From positions 1 to 10,419 of the forward strand of contig CAZFVS010000025.1 in the NCBI GenBank assembly GCA_964522265.1: a stretch of DNA of 10,419 nucleotides, given 5' to 3'. Below are positions 6,934-10,419 of the stretch, in pieces. The translations under genes were made by a program, and so were the position numbers. How positions within the stretch are numbered: the stretch's first letter is position 1; every line of letters begins with the position of its first letter. The notes beneath the pieces were generated by a model. That model worked only from the letters and a program-made list of their open reading frames with translations, made no database searches and was not told where the DNA came from. The DNA comes from an uncultured Gammaproteobacteria bacterium (GTDB lineage Bacteria; Patescibacteriota; Microgenomatia; Daviesbacterales; UBA10151).

Positions 6934-7186
6934 ATCAGTTGTGAGATTTCCTTACCGCAAAATTAATCTTCAAAACCCATTCAACTCAAAGAAATTTATT
7001 TAATGTTAATTTTGATCTAAGAAATAAGATCATTGAGATAGTCTAATCTGGATAATATTTCTCAAAAACCCTAAAATTTGCATCAAAAATTAAGAGTAGT
7101 GTTGTAGTAGTTTTTTTAACGTTTTAAGTAGTGGTCCGCGCCAATCGGCTCTTAGTTGAGCTTTGATCAGTCTCATTTAATCTTAA

Positions 7187-7195
7187 TGGTATACT
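7187..7195 (+). promoter_or_regulatory. Putative extended -10 promoter (TGgTATACT) for tspO, leaderless geometry
   Basis: TGG at 7187-7189 and TATACT at 7190-7195. Only 6 nt (aaaggt) precede the ATG at 7202. No convincing -35 lies at a 16-18 nt spacing; TTGATC at 7163-7168 is 21 nt away. Confidence 0.45.
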
Positions 7196-7201
7196 AAAGG
7201 T

Positions 7202-7657
7202 ATGCCCAAGAAAATCCCACTGTTTATTCTTTCCATTAGCCTTTGTTTAGGAGCGGGGATAATGGGATCATTTTTTACAGTTTCTGCAATTCCTGATTGG
7301 TATGCCACTTTAAACAAACCCTTCTTTTCACCACCAAACTGGATTTTCGGACCAGTCTGGACGATTCTTTATATTTTAATGGGATATTCTTTATATCTGG
7401 TTTGGGTAAAACATAAAGTCCCAACTGTTTTCTGGGTTCAGCTTATTTTAAACGCTGCTTGGTCAATAATATTTTTCGGCATAAAAAATCCTGTCTTAGC
7501 TTTAGTGGATATTACGGCTCTTTGGATAGCAATTGTTTTAACAATTAAAACTTTTTATAAAATAAACAAAGTAGCTGGAAACTTGCTCATCCCTTATCTT
7601 CTTTGGGTCAGTTTTGCTGCATTTTTAAACTACAATATTTGGATTTTAAATAAATAA
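7202..7657 (+). CDS. tspO: TspO/MBR family tryptophan-rich sensory protein (5-TM tetrapyrrole-binding membrane protein)
   Basis: 151 aa. ...PDWYATLNKPFFSPPNWIFGPVWTILYILMGYSLYLVW...NAAWSIIFFG...LIPYLLWVSFAAFLNYNIWILN shows the hallmark TspO motifs (WY..L.KP.w.PP...F.pVWt.LY; W...FF; PYl.Wv.fA..LN). Confidence 0.92.
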   Translation: MPKKIPLFILSISLCLGAGIMGSFFTVSAIPDWYATLNKPFFSPPNWIFGPVWTILYILMGYSLYLVWVKHKVPTVFWVQLILNAAWSIIFFGIKNPVLALVDITALWIAIVLTIKTFYKINKVAGNLLIPYLLWVSFAAFLNYNIWILNK

Positions 7658-7670
7658 TTTTTCCAAGAAA

Positions 7671-7679
7671 TGTTACAGT
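7671..7679 (+). promoter_or_regulatory. Putative extended -10 promoter (TGtTACAGT) for the 7687 gene, leaderless geometry
   Basis: TGT at 7671-7673 and TACAGT at 7674-7679. A further 7 nt (taaggta) precede the ATG at 7687. It begins only 14 nt after the tspO stop. Confidence 0.4.
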
Positions 7680-7686
7680 TAAGGTA

Positions 7687-8709
7687 ATGTCCCAAAAAGC
7701 CACGTCTGCCGGCCCGCTCCGCCGCGAGGCGAGCAGGCAGGGATTTGTACGATTAATTTTATTACTTTTTATTATTGCTATTGTCTTGTTTGTGCTGATC
7801 GCTGGAATTAGCCAGATAGTTCCTGATAAGCCACCGAGCGATTTTTTAATCACCAAAAACTTTGTTGATATGACCCAAGTGGATGGTTTTTCTAAACTAA
7901 GAAGCTGCGAAGGGCATAGAAACATGCCTCAATATACGGATGAACCAAACAGCAATTTTAAACACTACATGTATTTCAATATTGAGCGCATTCCCCACAG
8001 CAATAATCAGATAAAAATATTCGCCCCATTTGACGGATATATAGTTCATCCCTTAAGTCAGGGAATTACCATGGTTCCTCTATCGACCCGTTTTCCTTGG
8101 TGGCCTTTTAATTATTGGAGATTTAATGTCGAACCAGCTCATACTCTGCCCAAATTCAATTGGGTTATTAATAAAGTTAAAGCCGGCGAACTGATTGGCT
8201 ATTTTAACGATGATCGTTTGGGCCTCGCCGAGAAAGATGCACCCATTGTTTTAGACCTTATTGCCGGCGTTACTGCGATTCCGCCGCATTTTAAAGACGG
8301 CAATGGCGAACCATGGAAAAAGATGGACTCTGTGTTTCGTTACATGTCTGATGAAGTTTTTGAGGAATACAAAAGGGTTATCCCGGGAGTAACAAGCCGC
8401 GAGGATTTTATTATTCCGAGGCAGTGGCGTGAAAAGCATCCATGCAAATATCGGATAGAGGGAGGTCCTTACTTTGACGGCGGTCGTCCTGAGGATCGGC
8501 CGCTTGAAGAACAGAGAGTTTTTATCGGAGCAGGGATAAACGATTTAGAAAAGATCATACGAAAAGGCAAAAAATTACCGGATTCTTATGTATGCCCGGA
8601 TAGCACAGATTATCGTGCCGGACTGCCGTCAATGGTTGTTAAAGACGGTGTTAAGAGAGAGGTTGGGAAAGACGAACAGGATTGGATTTCCGAAAATTGT
8701 AAATTTTGA
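7687..8709 (+). CDS. Membrane-anchored hypothetical protein (N-terminal basic tail + 1 TM + ~290-aa soluble domain); possible degenerate LytM/M23-like fold
   Basis: 340-aa ORF with the TM helix FVRLILLLFIIAIVLFVLIAGI. The soluble part is Trp/Pro/Cys-containing. The segments KHYMYFNI...IKIFAPFDGYIV...VKAGELIGYF loosely echo the HxGxD / aP.dG.V / v.kGq.IGy strand pattern of M23 peptidases. The HxH catalytic pair is not visible, so the fold call is weak. Confidence 0.75.
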   Translation: MSQKATSAGPLRREASRQGFVRLILLLFIIAIVLFVLIAGISQIVPDKPPSDFLITKNFVDMTQVDGFSKLRSCEGHRNMPQYTDEPNSNFKHYMYFNIERIPHSNNQIKIFAPFDGYIVHPLSQGITMVPLSTRFPWWPFNYWRFNVEPAHTLPKFNWVINKVKAGELIGYFNDDRLGLAEKDAPIVLDLIAGVTAIPPHFKDGNGEPWKKMDSVFRYMSDEVFEEYKRVIPGVTSREDFIIPRQWREKHPCKYRIEGGPYFDGGRPEDRPLEEQRVFIGAGINDLEKIIRKGKKLPDSYVCPDSTDYRAGLPSMVVKDGVKREVGKDEQDWISENCKF

Positions 8710-8734
8710 AGCTACGATTAAAGCTGGCAGCTGG

Positions 8735-8763
8735 TTGAATTGTGGGTAGGTTTATAGTATATT
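8735..8763 (+). promoter_or_regulatory. Putative sigma70-type promoter (TTGAAT-17 nt-TATATT) for the 8770/9115 gene pair, leaderless geometry
   Basis: TTGAAT at 8735-8740, a 17-nt spacer at 8741-8757, and TATATT at 8758-8763. A further 6 nt (actatt) precede the ATG at 8770. No SD. Confidence 0.5.
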
Positions 8764-8769
8764 ACTATT

Positions 8770-9114
8770 ATGATTGATAGGGTATGTGAATTTGTGTTTG
8801 GTAACCACAGAAAAATGGAGCAAAATGCAGCTCGCTATTTAGATTCTGAATTAAGAATACAAAAAAGGGGGATACAAAGGTTTGGTGGATTTGTCTATGT
8901 ATCTTCGGGGCTTTCAATAGGAGCATTAATTTGGTCGATAGTATCAAAAGGAGCTGGAAGCGGTTTAGAATTTGATGGTTTTTTAATAGCTGCGGCCAGC
9001 CTTACATATTTAGTGACAGATCAAAGGATTGAAAATACAATTGAGGCAATCAATACGATTTCTGGAACAGGAAGAAGAAAGACAGCTTTTCAGAAACCGG
9101 TAAATGTAAGTTAA
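8770..9114 (+). CDS. Small 2-TM membrane protein, function unknown
   Basis: 114-aa ORF. It has a charged N-terminal ~38 aa (..NAARYLDSELRIQKRGIQR), TM1 FGGFVYVSSGLSIGALIWSIV, a short Gly-rich loop (SKGAGSGLEFD), TM2 GFLIAAASLTYLV and a polar ~30-aa tail. Its stop TAA (9112-9114) is followed immediately by the ATG of the next gene. Confidence 0.65.
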   Translation: MIDRVCEFVFGNHRKMEQNAARYLDSELRIQKRGIQRFGGFVYVSSGLSIGALIWSIVSKGAGSGLEFDGFLIAAASLTYLVTDQRIENTIEAINTISGTGRRKTAFQKPVNVS

Positions 9115-10419
9115 ATGAAAGGTGAACAAGATATTCATGTAAGTTCTGACAAGGTAAGAATTTTGCCTCCAGTTAGTGTGGAGCTTTTTCTCACCTCACT
9201 GGAGCAGGTAAACAGTTTACCGCTTGAGGTAGTCAGTGACCACAGATTAATTGAGCAAGTGGCAATAAGGAGCAATCTTCATAGATTGTTCGATCGCATT
9301 TTTGAGTCCATTCAGGATCCCAGTATCAATATTGACCAAGTGGTTAAAAAAGGATTAATCGAAGAATCTGTTGTTGTACGGTTATGGGATGGAGTGTCCA
9401 ACTTGCTCAAACAGGATGAAAACAATGCCAGGCTTTTGCTTTATCTGCCTTTTGAGATTCTACCGGATTTAAGTAACCAGGCTTTTATGCTGCCAAATAT
9501 GACTGCTTCAGGGCAAAGACTGGCAGATTTATATCGGGATGCATGGGTTAGGTTGCTTCATGAAACTGAACCCCGAGCGAACTTTGTTGATGGAGATATT
9601 CTGGAGCCCGGACTTGGGCAGCCTGAAAGAATTAGTAAGGCAGGCCACATTACCCCGGAACTTCTTGCAAGGAAAATGATAAAAACTGATAATGTCCTTC
9701 TGCTGCTGGAGTCGATCGTTAACAGAGAATCGTTAAAATCTCTTGCGCAGGGGGTAATGGTATCGGGCGATCGAGGACTCATTTGTGGTGCAGATTGGGA
9801 TAAAGCAAAGGAGATTATTGACAAAAAAATTGGGGCTTTGGATCTTTTACACAAAAAGGGAGAGAGTTTCAAAGATCCTAGCTCAAATATAATCAGTCCA
9901 GAGAGAGCAAGATGGCTTAGAAAAGAAGAAGAGGAAGAGAGAGAAGATTTAGAGGCAGATCGGTTATCCCAAAAAATAGTTAACAGATCGGATTTAGAGG
10001 AGCTTGCTGATCAGAGTAAGTTGGGAAGAGTAATGATACTAGCTATTTTTAAAGCAGGTAAGCGTTTAGTTCAATTGGATCGTACAAAAATAAGAGAGTT
10101 TGCCTCGGCGGAAAAAATTATTCAGAAAACTTGGGAATCAAGCGATTTTGCCTTAAAAAACGTAATAACTTCCGGTTTGAATCAATGGGTAAGGTTGGGA
10201 ATCGTGGATAATGCATTCTTACAAAAATTGGGAATCAAATTGACTGATTTATCATCTCCGCTTCCGTTTGATAAGAAAGAACTCTCTGATGAATTCAAAA
10301 ATTTAGTTGCAGCAGCAGTTAAAATCAGATCTCACCCGTTTTTGTCCAAGGCCTTGTATTCGGGATTTTTGGTATTTGGATCCAGGCTTAAAGGTTATGC
10401 GGACTTAAATGCCGACTTG
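9115..10419 (+). CDS. Partial CDS (C-terminus beyond the window): ~400-aa helical domain of unknown function followed by the start of a Pol-beta-superfamily nucleotidyltransferase domain
   Basis: Absent from the ORF track because it runs off the window. I read all 435 codons from ATG 9115 to 10419 and found no stop. The last residues ...EFKNLVAAAVKIRSHPFLSKALYSGFLVFGSRLKGYADLNADL fit the helix-strand-GS-x10-D-x-[DE] signature of minimal/Pol-beta NTases: GS at 10378-10383 and Asp at 10414-10416. The second acidic residue would lie just past the edge. I do not recognise a domain in the upstream 400 aa. Confidence 0.75.
   Translation, partial: MKGEQDIHVSSDKVRILPPVSVELFLTSLEQVNSLPLEVVSDHRLIEQVAIRSNLHRLFDRIFESIQDPSINIDQVVKKGLIEESVVVRLWDGVSNLLKQDENNARLLLYLPFEILPDLSNQAFMLPNMTASGQRLADLYRDAWVRLLHETEPRANFVDGDILEPGLGQPERISKAGHITPELLARKMIKTDNVLLLLESIVNRESLKSLAQGVMVSGDRGLICGADWDKAKEIIDKKIGALDLLHKKGESFKDPSSNIISPERARWLRKEEEEEREDLEADRLSQKIVNRSDLEELADQSKLGRVMILAIFKAGKRLVQLDRTKIREFASAEKIIQKTWESSDFALKNVITSGLNQWVRLGIVDNAFLQKLGIKLTDLSSPLPFDKKELSDEFKNLVAAAVKIRSHPFLSKALYSGFLVFGSRLKGYADLNADL

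Noticed and set aside
6941-7003. 20-codon ORF (V/M)RFPYRKINLQNPFNSKKFI* right after the DUF5678-like gene, reminiscent of the N-terminus of small retropepsin-like aspartic proteases I recall seeing next to DUF5678 genes
   Set aside because: It is far too short to support. No D-[TS]-G-A active-site motif appears in any frame downstream, and the resemblance rests on memory of an F-x-Y-[KR]-K start only.
7163-7168. TTGATC as the -35 box of the tspO promoter
   Set aside because: It lies 21 nt from the TATACT hexamer, outside the functional 16-18 nt range. The TGn extension makes a -35 dispensable.
7196-7200. AAAGG (7196-7200) and AAGG (7681-7684) as Shine-Dalgarno sites for tspO and the 7687 gene
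   Set aside because: They end only 1-2 nt before the ATG, too close for SD/anti-SD pairing with the start codon in the P site.
8722-8734. agctgg-c-agctgg after the 340-aa gene as a terminator
   Set aside because: It is a short direct repeat, not an inverted one. No stable stem plus T-tract is present.
1888-9872. Internal or antisense track ORFs 1888..2079-, 2430..2615+, 3525..3719-, 3906..4367-, 4096..4320-, 5996..6247-, 7608..7925-, 8251..8439-, 9558..9872-
   Set aside because: Each is fully embedded in, or antisense to, a longer ORF with clear family motifs (DUF4349, HK, NDH-2/DoxX, TspO, the 340-aa protein, the NTase-motif protein). None has recognisable features of its own.
1-10419. Alternative genetic code (UGA or UAA/UAG reassignment, as in some candidate phyla)
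   Set aside because: TGA terminates well-supported genes at their expected lengths (2684-2686, 4420-4422, 8707-8709). TAA and TAG likewise close the others (for example 4808-4810, 6492-6494). No family-matched ORF needs read-through of an internal stop.
1-10419. CRISPR arrays, tRNA/rRNA genes, IS elements, integrases or recombinases
   Set aside because: I saw no regularly spaced direct repeats, no cloverleaf-compatible sequence in the few intergenic regions, and no transposase- or integrase-like ORFs or terminal inverted repeats. This is a by-eye search only, so small ncRNAs cannot be excluded.

Overview
AT-rich bacterial window with dense coding. It has many small membrane proteins and orphan genes, a style compatible with an uncultivated lineage such as CPR/Patescibacteria, but taxonomy cannot be proven from this sequence. 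I support 12 protein-coding genes. Two of them are missing from the supplied ORF track because they run off the window edges. (1) On the minus strand, 1..1735 holds 578 open codons encoding a zinc-ribbon/3-TM surface protein; every track ORF in 112..1804 is a shadow of it. (2) On the plus strand, 9115..10419 holds 435 open codons: a large orphan protein whose last visible residues form a Pol-beta-type nucleotidyltransferase motif. The centre is a tightly overlapping five-gene operon (1805..6494): DUF4349-like protein, PAS sensor histidine kinase, single-domain response regulator, NDH-2 and a DoxX/DoxD-like membrane protein. Next come a small, apparently decayed toxin-antitoxin-like pair (DUF4258-like/DUF5678-like), TspO, an orphan membrane-anchored 340-aa protein, and a small 2-TM protein directly abutting the NTase-motif gene. 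Every transcription-unit-initial gene has a -10-like hexamer (often TGn-extended) 6-8 nt upstream of its ATG and no Shine-Dalgarno sequence, which suggests leaderless mRNAs. I recognised no rRNA, tRNA, CRISPR array, transposase or integrase. The genetic code looks standard, since TGA, TAA and TAG all close good ORFs. The most interesting candidate is the leaderless 2-TM + helical-domain/NTase pair at 8735..10419. It resembles membrane-effector/nucleotidyltransferase conflict modules but is truncated by the window.
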